DNA of 64,000 nt from Eledone cirrhosa (GCA_964016885.1 OZ024747.1:79050001-79114000); one strand, 5' to 3'. Counted from the first letter of the stretch, positions 25,836-39,038 are shown. The notes: generated by a model from the sequence alone, not told the origin. Translations and numbers: made by a program.

Positions 25836-26506
25836 ATCATCATTATCGTTTAACGTCTATCTTCCACGCTAGCATGGGTTTAGACGGGAATTGTCCCACT
25901 TGAGGCAAGATTGGTTGTCTTGCTTGTGTAGGACTGTCTGGCAGGTTTTCTATGGCTGGATGCCCTTCCTAACACCAACCACGTTTACAGTGTGGACTGG
26001 GAGGTTTTTACTGTGTTACTTACATGGCCACATTACAGCGTGGACTGTGTGTTTTTTTTTTTTTGTTGTGACACCTACACGACCTCATTTATTTAGGACT
26101 GGATGTTGTGGTACCAACATAACTTTACATAGAAAGGGGTGGTGTAGATGGGGGTAGGGGGACGGGGGTGTATTTTGATTAAGAGGTGCCTACTGACTGT
26201 AGTAGTTTTCACTTTGTACTTAGGTAAGGCGGGTCTTCTGTATTACTGCGTAGCGCCAAAGATCTCGGTCCAGTGACATTGTCTTGGAGAGGTGTAAGTG
26301 TGTAAGGTCGGAATTTATCAAGTCGCCCCAGGTTTTTCTGGGTCTGCCTACTGCGTGGCTACCGTCTATTTTAATCGCCCTGCACTTTTTTATACAGCTG
26401 TCGTCTTTCATGCGCAACACTTGACCATACCAATGTAGTCTTCTCGAGTAAACAGTATCTGATCCCTCTTATTCCTAATTTCTCACTTAGTTCATTTATG
26501 CTTTGA
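25836..26506 (-). mobile_element. RTE LINE 3' fragment (same family as 7395-9315)
   Basis: RMKDDSCIKKCRAIKIDGSHAVGRPRKTWGDL plus 3'UTR and tail. Confidence 0.95.
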
Positions 26507-26563
26507 TATATACTTATCCTTATTGAGCCCTCTTTGGATTTTAGTATTCACATTTATTATTAT

Positions 26564-26602
<39 letters not shown>

Positions 26603-26604
<2 letters not shown>

Positions 26605-27380
26605 CACCACCATTTGATGTCCATTTTCCGACATTAGCATGGGTTAGATGAGTTGTCCTGTGGTGAGACAAACCAAATCAGATGACTGTGTCTTGGTCAC
26701 ACAGAACTAATTTTGGCTTGTACTGCCCTCACTAGCCACTCTTTTACTCCTAGTTTCCTAAGTGCCCACCACATTACAGAATAGGGGACCCTGTCAAAAC
26801 CTTTCTCTAAGTCAAGGGCTAAGTAGAGAAATTTGCTTTTAGCAGGATACTTATCCTGCAGTTGCCTCACAAGGAAGAGGCATCAGTTGTGCTTTTCCTG
26901 ACACAAATCCAAACTGCATTACATCTAGATTAATATGATCCCTAATCAGTTTTATAATGACTCTTTCTACAACTTTCATGGCCTGGTCCATCAGTTTGAT
27001 CCCTGAGTAGTTTCCTCTGTCTAGCAGTTGACGATGCTGCTGCTACACCAGTCATTGAGTATAGCACCATTTTGTATTACTTGGTTAACAATATAGGTGG
27101 TTATAGTGTGTCCTACCATCCCAGATGCTTTCAGTATCTCAGCAACTATTCCCGATGGCCCCGCCACTTTGCCTGTCTTCATGTCCTTAATTGTCTTACT
27201 ACACTGCTGCTGACTTGTACTACTGGTCCCTCTGTAGGGTCCACTTGGGGCAGGCTATCTTCCTCCCTCATATTCTTATTTATCAGTCTCTCATGACACT
27301 TCCATGCTGCCTTCTTTTCAATTTCAGTGAGCGCAAGTCCATCATTGTCATCCCACAACATTGCTATTTTCCCTGACACA
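26603..27380 (-). mobile_element. internally deleted RTE LINE copy
   Basis: LALTEIEKKAAWK..LPQVDPTEGP...ALRKLGVKEWLVRAVQA joined directly to the last about 110 nt of the 3'UTR. Confidence 0.88.
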
Positions 27381-27766
27381 CTGCCTTGCGATCCTCAATA
27401 CCTTGCATCTTTGATCATCAAGTTCCATACTGCTGCTGCCACTGCTGCCGATACTTCTGGTGACTTCACTGCTGCTGCTGTTCCCATCGGAATAACAGAC
27501 AGTCTCTTTTAGGGTCAACCACCACTCAATACAGACGTATTCTACCTCTCTCTTGTTTATTTCACCTATATCAGCATCAAACCAACAAACATTCTGGTTC
27601 TGTTACACAGGCTACCTTTATATACATGGTACTTTCTTTTCCCACACAAAACCATGTGGATCTAGTTCTGTATTTCACCTTAGTTTACATTCTTCATCCT
27701 TTCTTCATTTTTTATCTTTCTCAATTCTCCAAAAATATTTTGCTCCATTGATTTCTTTCCCACTTT

Positions 27767-27813
<47 letters not shown>

Positions 27814-30800
27814 GTAACCCTCTCATTTCTCATCTCTGGTTTTAGACTCTCTTTCTTCTATTCTTTCCCTCGCTCCATTCTTCTACTCAATATGTGGTTA
27901 CATGTTAACCTGCCTTTTTGCTATGCACGATGATGATAGCATTCAGCTGTTCACGGCTAACCCACGATGAGATCCCTACAGTTTTATGAAAATTCATATA
28001 TACACATAAACAAGTTATTTACCCATCAGTAATCAGGATGAAGACTATGTCTTTAGCTGCAGGATTAATTGGATTTTGTTTCCATAGATGCTTTTGGCTT
28101 TGTTTCTGGCATGGAAATAAGGGCAACATGTAAGGCAAATGAGGCCTGAGGCTTAATTTGAAGTGCCAGCTTTTGCACAGGCCACATATACATACATAAT
28201 ACACACACACATAAACACACATACACATAAACAGACTGACACAACATATATATCTCTAGTGAGCCGACCATACTAACTCCCAACTAAAGCAAACAGTCTT
28301 GCACGTACAAGTCTCATTGTATCAAGAAACAAACATGAATCTGTATGTATATAAACATTTGTATGTGAAGAAAAAGATTATGTATTTATATCTCAGTATT
28401 CCAAATTTAACTCCGGCCTATTTAAAAATGGACCAAAAACATCTGATCAAAAAAGAATAACTAAAGCATTTACCATACCAAACATATATATACCCCTTTA
28501 TATACAACACACTCACCCATTCACACACAGATATTCATATATGTATGTATGTGTGTCTGTGTGTGTATTTCTACTTCCTCCTAAGTGTGGTACTAATAAG
28601 ACATTGTATTTTTGCATCTCTGTGTATGTCTTGCCATTTCTTGATACACACACACACACAAATATATATATATATATGTGTTAGTATACCAGCAGGACCT
28701 AGTCTCCAGACTAGTCAGGATTCAGCACACAACAACTGTTAACCCATGCAAGCATGGAAAATATACATTTACTATACTACAAAAACAAATCAATAAAAAA
28801 AAAGAATAACAAAAAGTCAAAGACATGCACATTCAGTTAGACTAGGATAGCCAAGTACCCTCATAAGCATCATCTGATACTTAAATAAGTCAAGCTGCCA
28901 GCAATGTCAGAAGTGCAACACCAATAACATCAGCATTCCTCGTAGTGTATAACTATGAGTGTGCATGTATTTCCCCTTTATCTGACTAGTTTTTATTGAT
29001 TTGTTCCTTTTGTAAATCATATTCATTATATAAATTGTATTTATACCACACATACACATGTACATGTACACACAGAGAGACACAGACACACACATATACT
29101 ACACCCCACATTTAAAACACACCATATCCAATTTTCCTGCTGATTACAGTCATGTTGAGCAAACTATCCATTCGAAGTAGTTCCATCTTTCAGTAGTATC
29201 TCACAACTGGGATGCCAAACTATGTATCTTATTAAGTTTGAAATATATTATCATTCCATGCACTCAAGAATAAGACTTTCATGTTAACTGCATTTGTTAA
29301 CAGAAAAATATGAAACTATGCATACAAGAATGAAAAATATTTTAGATAAGCCAAAAATAAATCTCAGTTTCTTTGAATCACTCCTTATACACATTTGTAT
29401 TATTTAAAATCTGTCTTGGTTGCCTAAAGATAAGTATTAGAGACGTTGAAGATTAGAAACAAGTTCAATCTTTGTCAGTGGGTCTTAGTAAATGTTTTTT
29501 TTAGGGAAGTGGATGCCATTAGAGCATTGGAAAAATGCTTAGCAGTATTTGTTCCAGGTCATTACTTCTTGAGTTCAAATCCTGCCATGGTCAACATTGC
29601 TTTTCATCCTTCAGACATTGATATAGCAAGCTCTGGGCTTAGTATTAGTGCTGGTGAACAGACAGACAGATAGATAGACGGACACATGTAATCATGTGGA
29701 CAAAGCTGTTTTCATCTTTTTTTTTTTAAAGTAAAATATTTCAGAAATCGTTATGTATCAATAAACAAAGTTCTTATAAATGAAATAGATACTTGAGTGT
29801 AATAAAAAGTATTAAAAGAAAATGTAGTACATAAAATAGCACTATAAGGTGAATTTAAATCAAAAGTTCCAAACTACAACTTGTGTATTTACTGATTGCA
29901 GAACAACAAGGAATGGACCCAATGATAATATTCTGACAGCGTCACTTTTACATTTTTACCTCCAAGTAGAAAATATGATAATTATTTTTAATACAACTTT
30001 ATTACCCTCATCCCCAAAATAGATTACTGAATTCAGTTAAACATTAATAAAATTTCACTTGTTATTTTTCAAAAAGTTATGTCATATAGATGAAAAATGT
30101 TCATGTAAAAATTAACTATTATAAAATGTGGCATTTGGTAAGCTTCATAGATATGTCTCATAACTAACTTTACATTGAGTTAGGGAAACATAAAACTATG
30201 ATAGAATGTTTAAATTTAGATATAAACATTTTAAAACAAGACATTTATTTATACAACAGACCCAGGAGTGGTTATAGACAGTTCTGTATCAAAAGCGTTA
30301 ATATCTGACAAATTTTAAGAAATCATTGCTAACAACTTTCATTTAAAAACAAATTGTTGTAATAATCTCAATGTATGTACAAGACTCAGAGTTAAGGTTT
30401 TATTTTGTCACATATATTAAAATATTGCATAAATGATTAGTAATCTGCTTTTGATTAACTAATTAAAATCTCCTTACCAAAGCAGAAGTAAAATTGATAT
30501 ACACTATTATTAAAACATTGATTCCCAAATACCTAAAACAATGTCCAGATTTAAATGTCCATCCAAAAAAAAACATTATCAGTTTAATATTAGTGAGAAT
30601 TATAACATATTTGTATCATTATTATGGATGTTATTTTAAATTAGGAATAGCATTATTTAACAAATTAGCCAGAATAAATATTATTAGAACAGCACACTTG
30701 AACAAATGCAGTAGAACAAAAAATAAGAGGAAAAAAGAGCACTGCATAAACTTCAACATGCTGAATAAATTAATGGAACAATATCTAAAATTTAATTATC

Positions 30801-31033
30801 AAATAAGCTTTACAATAATTCCCTTCACTCCCAAATATAAAATACTAGCATATAGCAATGACAGAATAATTTCAATGAAATAATGCAAACTGATGGTCAA
30901 AAGTTCATGAAGTTGAAAGCACCTAATTTGATATTTTATTTGTCCCACTCTTTTCATCTGTTCTAATGATGTATTTCTCACTAGACTCTATGGCATGTTG
31001 GTAACAAATGAATACTGCTTTAGAATTTAACCA

Positions 31034-31276
31034 TTAACCCTTCTGATATCAAATCACTTGGAATCACCCCTGTTCCTATGAAATATGAAAATGTTCAAAT
31101 TTAAACTTAAACCTTCCATCATAATTTTATGTAATAAAATTTTATTAATTTACATATCAAACATCAGAAAAAAATGAAAATGTTCACTTTTTTTATATTA
31201 AATTCTTAAAATCCTTGATTATTTTCAAGATTAATTGAAAAATATTCTATAAGAAATATGATAGCAAAAAAGTTAA
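31034..31276 (+). mobile_element. TTAA MITE family 1
   Basis: TTAACCCTTCTGATATCAAA...AAATATGATAGCAAAAAAGTTAA. Confidence 0.65.
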
Positions 31277-32707
31277 AAAGCTAACAATCTATACAACTGC
31301 TCATCAACCCCTAGTTGATTTAATGTCTACTATATAACCATCCCTACAATGGTAGTTTGTACAACAGAACCTGTGAACAGATATTGACACTAAACCTGTT
31401 TGAAGTGGAGAGACTGGTAGCTTTTTGCTTTTCTAATTTTCTAGATAAAAATAATTATAAATTACCAAATTTGTTTTCAAATAATATATTGATGTTAACT
31501 ATTGTTGTCAAAAGAAATATATGTACACAATTAGTTACCATATATACAAACAAAACATTAGTTTGGTGTTGTGCTAGGAGAAATATATTTTTAACCATAA
31601 AAAAGTATTTTTGATGATTTCAGCCATTCAGCACTGGTTTTGATAATGGATTATTTTCATCTTTCAGAATGAAGTTGTCCAAATTAATACTCATTTAATT
31701 GCATTAAGGTAAATTGATATTATTAACTGAAAACATTAAGTTTTAAATAATCTACAATTATAGGCTTTCAAATATAGTTACCATAATTATTTTCATATGT
31801 GGGCAGGACAGATTTTATCACAGCATTTCGTTCATTCTGATCTAGTATTGTAGACGAAATCTAACTTTCTAAAATTTGAAGTAAACAATCTTTATCCAGT
31901 ATTTTATCTTGGACTCAAATTAGGGATAGAACTAACATATTTAAAAGTTTTGAGTAGCAAACTCCAATGGGACATCAAGCAGATACCAGTCTCATAGTTT
32001 AATTACAAACTATCATTAAGTGTAAATTCTGTGTAGTCATTTCACTTACTTTAATATTCAAGCTATATAGAAACTATATTTTATTAGATGACAAATAAAG
32101 GATATTACATGATGCAACACTAGAAAAGATAGACCTTCCATAATGATACATGGGAAAGGTGGTGCTGACACAATACTAAACAAAAACTTTGTGCAATGCT
32201 ACTTAGTAGATATGAAAGTATGTGATGTTATATATATATTAATCTGTAAGCATCATGTATACTTTACAAACAATCCAAAGACAGGGGTGTTTTAGATGAC
32301 ATGCATGATTCTATTTATATAAGGCTCCTCCCAACCCTTTATTTGGCAACCTTTCTATGGCTGGATCCCTTCCTATCACCAACCACCTTACATAGTGTAC
32401 TGGATTCATTTTCGTGGCACCAACGCTAGAGAGATGTGTGCTACTTGATGAGTGAAGAGATTTGATTTAGAAACCCTTTTGCCTCATACATATAAGTCTA
32501 TATGGGTGGTTAAAAAGAACAGCAAAATCTGCCTCAAATTACACCCTACCATCTTAAACTATGGATATATTAGATAATATAATCCAACATACGCCTATAA
32601 AGGTAGAATAATCACAATTAGAATGTTTCTGATAATAGATCTGCTGATTCAAGTTTAACCTAAAGTTACACAGCAACAATTGCTACAATTATTGTGTTAC
32701 TTCTCTA

Positions 32708-32926
32708 TTAAAACTTTTGATACCAACCCAGTCAAATAGGTTCTGGTTCTATGAAACAAAGCCAAAAAATTTTATAGGGTTACTATTTAAATTAAAATTT
32801 CCCAACATAAAGTTTATACAAGAACCATATATGTCATGTTACTAGCTTAGTTAATGCCTCAAAATTCTTCATTAATTAATTAAAATAAAATGTATTTTAT
32901 TAGAAATACAGTCACGAAAGTGTTAA
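32708..32926 (+). mobile_element. TTAA MITE family 1 (diverged)
   Basis: TTAA..TTTGATACCAAC..GGTTCTATGAA...CACGAAAGTGTTAA. Confidence 0.55.
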
Positions 32927-33048
32927 AGGTACATTGATTTTTTTTACCTTTAAAATCATTTCAATTTGTAGCTGAATGGTTGATATTCAATAGAGAAAAA
33001 ATTTATTTTAGAAATGTTAAAGTAATGTCGGCTTAAATGGAAAACTTA

Positions 33049-33264
33049 CAGTATATACTCAAATATAAGCTGAGGAATATGTGACAAAAAAAAAAAAAAA
33101 TCGATGGCAGAAGGGGGTCAGCTTATAATTCAGAGTCAATAGTTTGACAATTTTTACCAACTTCAAATTCTACGTAAATAAGGTTTGGATTTTTGCCCAT
33201 TCCTCAGACATAAAATAGTACGGTCAGCTTATATTTGTATCAGTTTATATTCAAGTATATATGG
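33049..33264. mobile_element. Tc2/pogo-like MITE (copy of 5127-5341)
   Basis: TA-CAGTATATACTCAAATATAAGCTGA...TCAGTTTATATTCAAGTATATATGG-TA; shared internal GCCCATT.CTCAGACATAAAA. Confidence 0.85.
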
Positions 33265-34551
33265 TAGTTATTTTATTAAATTCCTCCAACTTCTTGGTTA
33301 TTTTCAAAATTAATTGAAACAAATAGACAGTGTATTTCATTAGGAATATGGCAATGAAAGAGTCAAGGATGTATGTTACTGATTTTACTGACAAATTTAA
33401 TCTTAGTGTGGGAAACTGACCAAAAATTGTAAAGGCAAAGTATGCAACTATTTTAAGAATAATGCATATTTTGTTTTTTAAGAAAACAATCTGTTTATAT
33501 TTTATGAAGTTTTTTCTATTTGTCTTCTTATCAAATGTGGCAGTAATATTGTGAGTTCATTAAAACATAACTTTCTATAGCCTGTATTCTGTGTTCGTCT
33601 TTGAATTTCATGGGAACTTTTTTAGTCCCTTAGGATTTCCAAACAGGAAACGATATTTACTAACTTTTCAATGAACACACCCTGTAGGTCATGTTACATT
33701 ACTGTGTTCATATTTATTTTTATACCTCCCATTTCTCTTATTTTTTTTTTCTTTAAGGGTCTTCTGATATTTAAATTTATTTTGTTCTTGCTTTGTTTTT
33801 CGTTACTAACCCTGTATGTACTTCAGGAAAAAAAGTTAAAATGGTGTGTGTTTGTTCCCAACAATTGAAATAAAGAAAAATAATGATAATAACAACCATA
33901 ACAATATTATCATCTTAAAACCATAATATCAATATCTAAAAAGGAAATTTATGGCAAAACAAATATTTATTGCTGAATCTCAAGAAAATTTCAAGTTAAA
34001 ACAGTTGTAATTGTAGACTTTCAAGAATATTCTTGTTCTAGCATATCTCAGTATATTTAGTAAATCCCACTTGTTGTTTGAACTTGATCTTATCTGCACT
34101 TTACATACTCAAATTTAGAATATACACAATTATTATATTGTGTGAGTATATTCATATAAATGTTTATTTCAGCGCACTAAAATGTTAACTGTCACTATTT
34201 TTGATATAATTGATTTCTTGAGTGTTTACTCTAATACCCCCCAATATTGAAGCTGAAAGTTTAAATTTTTTTAACAAATCATTACTAAGAAAAATAAAAG
34301 CAGACTTTTTTTTAATATAGGTTGGAAGAGTTATGCATTATTTGAAATCCCAAATCAGATACTAAAAAAATGAAATGCACAAATATGGGTTCTCTCAAAA
34401 ACGAAATCAAATACACATATATACATACACATATATATTGGAATTTCATATTTCTATAGAAATATGGTATGTTTATAAATAAACATTTAGAAAGCCGTAG
34501 CTATGCAAAAACACCAGCAGCTATCGCCACCTGGCGGTGTCCAGCAGAAGC

Positions 34552-34609
34552 AAGGGAGACAATCGTCGATGCATTTCGAACTGAACTAGTCTCATCAAGA
34601 CGATCCCTC
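34552..34609 (-). ncRNA. type I hammerhead ribozyme (C3U core variant)
   Basis: Minus strand GAGGG-ATCGTC-TTGATGA-GACT-AGTTC-AGTTC-GAAA-TGCA-TC-GACGAT-TGTC-TCCCTT: 6-bp helix I plus bulged extension, helix II, palindromic ATGCAT helix III, AUC site. Confidence 0.8.
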
Positions 34610-34616
34610 ACGCTCT

Positions 34617-34735
34617 TGCAACATGAAATAAAGTTTCTTGCTCAAGGACATAACATATTGCTCGCTCCAAGAATCGAAGTCACAACCTCATGATTGTGAG
34701 TCCATTTCTCTTACCACTCAGCCACGCACCTTCAC
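34617..34735 (-). mobile_element. SINE family C tRNA-like head and core
   Basis: TGGCTGAGTGG A box, CTTCGATTC B-box-like, GTCCTTGAGCAAGAAACTTTATTTCATGTTGC core as in 54545-54669. Confidence 0.8.
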
Positions 34736-34831
34736 AATATATATATATAGGGATTGTAACGTCCAGTTACTGTAGGTTCACCAGTTTCAGTAAGTATAGA
34801 GGTGTAGCACTAAGCAGAGCGTAATAATAAT

Positions 34832-35507
34832 AATAATAAAAAAGGGCAGTTTGTTAGGTCTTCATTACATTTATTGAGTTGTGATATTTTGAAATTAACA
34901 TAGAAGATTCAACATATCTTTTTACTATTGAGCATAAACACAAATTTGATATAGAAGCCTCTAGACAGAAAAAAGTTGACAGTATTGCCTATGGGACTTG
35001 AACTCACATCTGCTGTATGTCAAAAACGGCTGAGCTACCGACTGACAAAATTTTTCGTTATTTTAAAATCTTATCAATCAACCAGAGTGTAAAAAATGAT
35101 CTATTTTTTAGAATCATTGAGCAGATATGTATTCATTGAAAATTAACTTTGCGTGTTTAATCAGATATAGATAACTGTAGGGCTGTACTTCAGATATACT
35201 AATATACATATAAGGGTACACACTCTTTCACACATACACAGATGATAAAAAAATTACATAATCAAAAAATATGCTGAAGCTAACTAAATACGCACATTTT
35301 TTTTTCTCCCCAATTTTTTTTCTCATTTAACCGTTCCTTCCTCTCATCACTCTTTACTTTCTATTTATCTTTTATTTCTAATTATCTTCTGATGATGGAC
35401 TAGTGTCCAAAACGTTGAAACTATTCCTGCTATTTCAAGCATTAAACTAATATATTTCTTCCATGTACTGTGCCATTTGTTTTGTTATTTCTGTTTACCT
35501 TTTACAT
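34832..35507 (+). mobile_element. hammerhead-bearing element, long copy (degenerate HHR at 35385-35420)
   Basis: 5' TTTGTTAGGTCTTCATTACATTTATTGAGT and 3' TTCCTGCTAT...GTTATTTCTGTTTACCTTTTACAT match 9341-9624; TCTT-CTGATGA-T-GGAC-TAGT-GTCC-AAAA-CGTT. Confidence 0.7.
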
Positions 35508-35930
35508 ACATATATATAAACACACACACATACATTTGTAAACGACAGGCTTCTACAGTATCTGTCTACCAAATTTCACACACAAGGATTGCCCAATGTA
35601 CCACACAGTGAGAGAACACAAAACTACATGGTTGCAAATGGTTGCAAAGCAAACTTCTTAACTCCACAGCCTTGCTTACAACTATTTGTTTTAGTTAATA
35701 TTGAGTCAACTATCTTATCTGATTATGCAATGGGATCCTTTTGCACATGTGTATGTGAGGGACAGTGTGTACACACATGTGTAGCTGATGTACAGCCCTA
35801 CATTTATATCTGATTAAATACACAACAAGAAAGCCTTTTGATATTAAGTTACACCTGCCTTCTAATGACATTTTTTTTTTGTTTTTGTTTTGTCTTTTTT
35901 TTTTTCAATGATAAACAAACCTAGTTCACA

Positions 35931-36248
35931 TGGTTGGTGATAGGAAGGGTGTCCAGCCATAGAAAACCTGCCAAACAGTTTTGGGGAGGACTTTTCAGCA
36001 GTGTCAGACATGACAACCTCCCCAGTGCTGGTGTCAAAATAAGATGCACTCAGTAGAGTGCAGGATAATATGTAGGCAAGATGCAGGCCCTGCCCGGTCT
36101 GAGCACTTGATAGAACAAGGCAATGTATGTAAGTGAAGTGCAGGCCCCAGACCCCTATGAGAGGTCAGTAGCTCTGCTTGATTAATGACAGTCTGTGAAG
36201 ATCCAACACTTGCTAGCAAGGAAGACAGACATTAAGTGATGATGATGA
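35931..36248 (+). mobile_element. non-autonomous RTE-tail element (family of 6822-7096)
   Basis: Shared ACAACCTCCC.AGT.CTGGTGT, CAAGATGCAGGCCC and ATCCAACACTTGCTA blocks and (GAT)n tail. Confidence 0.7.
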
Positions 36249-37494
36249 GTTGAGAGAACAGCAAAATACATGACCTTTGCATGTCCACTGAGATTAGTGA
36301 GATTGATTATTGTCCTTTCTAGTTTAACTGAGGGTCTTTGTATGCTAAAGATGAACTAAGACATGTTTAGTATAGTTTGTGGATTACAGGTTCAGACAAA
36401 ATAGATAAAGCAAGAAAATTTAGTCAAAATATCTGTACTTTATTTTCAATAATCTTTTGAAAAATGCAAAAATTATCTTTTAATCACAGTCTGAAGAAAT
36501 AAAACACCAAAAACCAAACTGGTACTCAAAGAGGTAGAAGTTAGCTTGGTTCGTTACTAATAATTGAAACAAAGTAAGGAAAAAAAAAAGAAAACGAGTT
36601 GATTCCTTTGCAATATTTAATACATTTGTGATATTTCTAAGAAATACTCTATATTTTGATTAATTAATGAAGAATTTTTAAGGATTTACTAAAATTATTA
36701 ACTAGTTTATTACTTAGATAGTAACTAAATATATGGTTCTTATATAAAATTATGTTGGAAGATTTTCAGAAAACCAGAGCTGGTTTTGGTCTGTTTGGTA
36801 TCAAAAGAGACACCAGAAGATACTCAAGTCTAAGTAAGCAGAGAAGATGAATGAAGACTAAAACTTAAAAACATTAAATATGCCTCATGTTTTTTTCTTT
36901 TCTTGTAATCATCCCAATAATTCTACAAGTAGTGGTTTTATCAACTCTAAAGAGAAGAGTGGCTAAGTTATTCTTGCAACTTAAAGTTAGTCTTGAGCAA
37001 CTTATTTTTGCCCGTGACCCATATCTACATCATATCTTTCACATAAAAATTTGAAAAGATTTGAGGTCTAAATGGCTCACCTGTTAGTAACCCTGCTCTA
37101 GAGATATAGTTTATTCAGTCTTTGAAAACTTTCATTTATGTTGTTTTGGGTATTACAAGTTGTAATTTGTTATTCTAAATCAGAAATGTAAGGATGTGTT
37201 TGATAAAAAAAAAAAAAGAAGTGCTGTTCTATTTTAAAGCAATGTAACTTATTTAAAAATCTCCCATTCATTTTATAACTCTATTCTATTGACATGACAA
37301 GAAGCACTGTTTAACAAAAGTAATTTTATTTTATTATTGCTATTGTGTCAGCTATAACATTTTTTTTTTTTTTTTTTTTTGTGAATATATATTAGTTCTG
37401 AATTGCTGAAATAAATATGTTTATACATTGATACTATTTTTAGCCATAACATTTACACCTGAAATTAAAAAGGAAATATTTACCAGTTACAAAA

Positions 37495-37665
37495 GAGTGA
37501 CGTGTTGAAGGATGAAAGAGATGGGATAAAAGGTGTGATGGAAATGAATGTGGAATGATGTAAAGGAAAAACCAAGAATGACATGACTAAAAATAGAAGA
37601 AGAAATGAAAGCCATAGAGTTGGTGAAGAGGGATGCTGATGATATAGCTAAATAGAGAAGCTTGT
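37495..37665 (+). mobile_element. ancient RTE C-terminal relic
   Basis: VMEMNVE..KPRMT*..EEEMKAIELVKRDADDIAK*R resembles the RTE ORF end; related to about 63690-63755. Confidence 0.5.
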
Positions 37666-38809
37666 CATATGGCTCATATGATTAACCCCTGCTTTAGAAC
37701 ACTTTATTGATAGAGTTAGTATATTGCCTTATGAAATAATAGCAGAAATTGGACCAATAGAACAAGGACTTGAATCAACAGCATAATCATTTAGACACAA
37801 ACATACACAAATACAATAATGGGAGAACAAATAAATTGCCAGATAATCGTTTCATCATCATCCTCTGCTGTGCCCCTTTTTTGTTCTAATCAAAACAGCT
37901 GTATATTTTTCCATAATATTCTTCTGGTTTCCTCCTTCACTTCTTAGCTCAATGTTTGCTATGTCACAACATTTTCTTCATGCACTGTTGCCATTTCAAA
38001 AAAGGCTTCCATTGTTCAAGTCAAATTTTGATTAAATCTAACACCACAGCACTCGTGTGTTTATCAAGACACTTGAAATGAAACATAATCAGTGAGATGC
38101 TGATATTTAACACCCAGAACCTTCATTATCTTTTATCATCAATTGAAAGATTTACCAAAAACAGATGTGACTATTTAATTCATATATTTAAAAAGTATCC
38201 TTAAATTTTAGAAGTATTTTGAAAGTCTAAATAAAATTAATTTGTCATTCTGGCCTGTGTTAAATAGTTTTTTTAATCCCTTATTTCACCCCCACCCCCC
38301 TGAAACGTTAAAAATTCAAGTTTATTTTTCAGCATTAAACAGTAAGTCATTGAAGACCTGTAAATAGAAATGAAATATTCACAGATAGCAATAAAATTAT
38401 TACAATTACAGGAATATCTTCCCCTGTCAGATACAGAATGGGAATCAGCCATACTATGCAAGTGTAAGATTATCAACAATGCCAAGAAAGCAAAGACATA
38501 ATGACAACCTGATAAATGCATGTCAATAAATCTTCTTGGAATATACCATTTTTATCTCACTCACACACATACACACTCACATAAACAAATAATTTCCTGA
38601 AATAGAAAAAAAAAAATTTTTTCTAAGAGGTGAGTTAAAATATTTCTTTTTTTGTCATTTCACATTCCAGAGTAGAAAGGTTAAATTTATAGCCTATTAT
38701 ATAGCTCAAATTGTATCCACCCAGCAGGGGTGGAAGTCATAATACACAGTATATGAAATCAGAACTGCAACACCAACTAGGTAAAATATTCACTCAGAAT
38801 TGTAACACC

Positions 38810-38940
38810 AAGTTCCAGCGCGTCTCCCTTGCCGTCCTCCGAGGAAACGCCTTCTCCATTCTGTCCACCGGGGCTGTGGGAAGGCCACCAATATGATTCA
38901 CTGACTTGTCATTTTATCAGTCAGATGTTCTAATAATTCT
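38810..38940 (+). mobile_element. very short 3' end of CRE-like RLE retrotransposon
   Basis: FQRVSLAVLRGNAFSILSTGAVGRPPI* then short UTR and (TA)n; CpG-rich relative to flanks. Confidence 0.7.
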
Positions 38941-39038
38941 GTATATATATATATATATATGTCATATAAGGAGTTACAGGACCAAACTGAAATTAAGTTG
39001 GATAATAATTTTTAGGCTGCTCATTTATATTGATAACT

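Noticed and set aside
30494-30883. 129-aa AT-rich ORF
   Set aside because: TTG start, I/K/N/Y-biased composition typical of non-coding AT-rich DNA, no motif
38300-38620. Minus-strand acceptor-like polypyrimidine/CAG sites
   Set aside because: No coherent exon or reading frame
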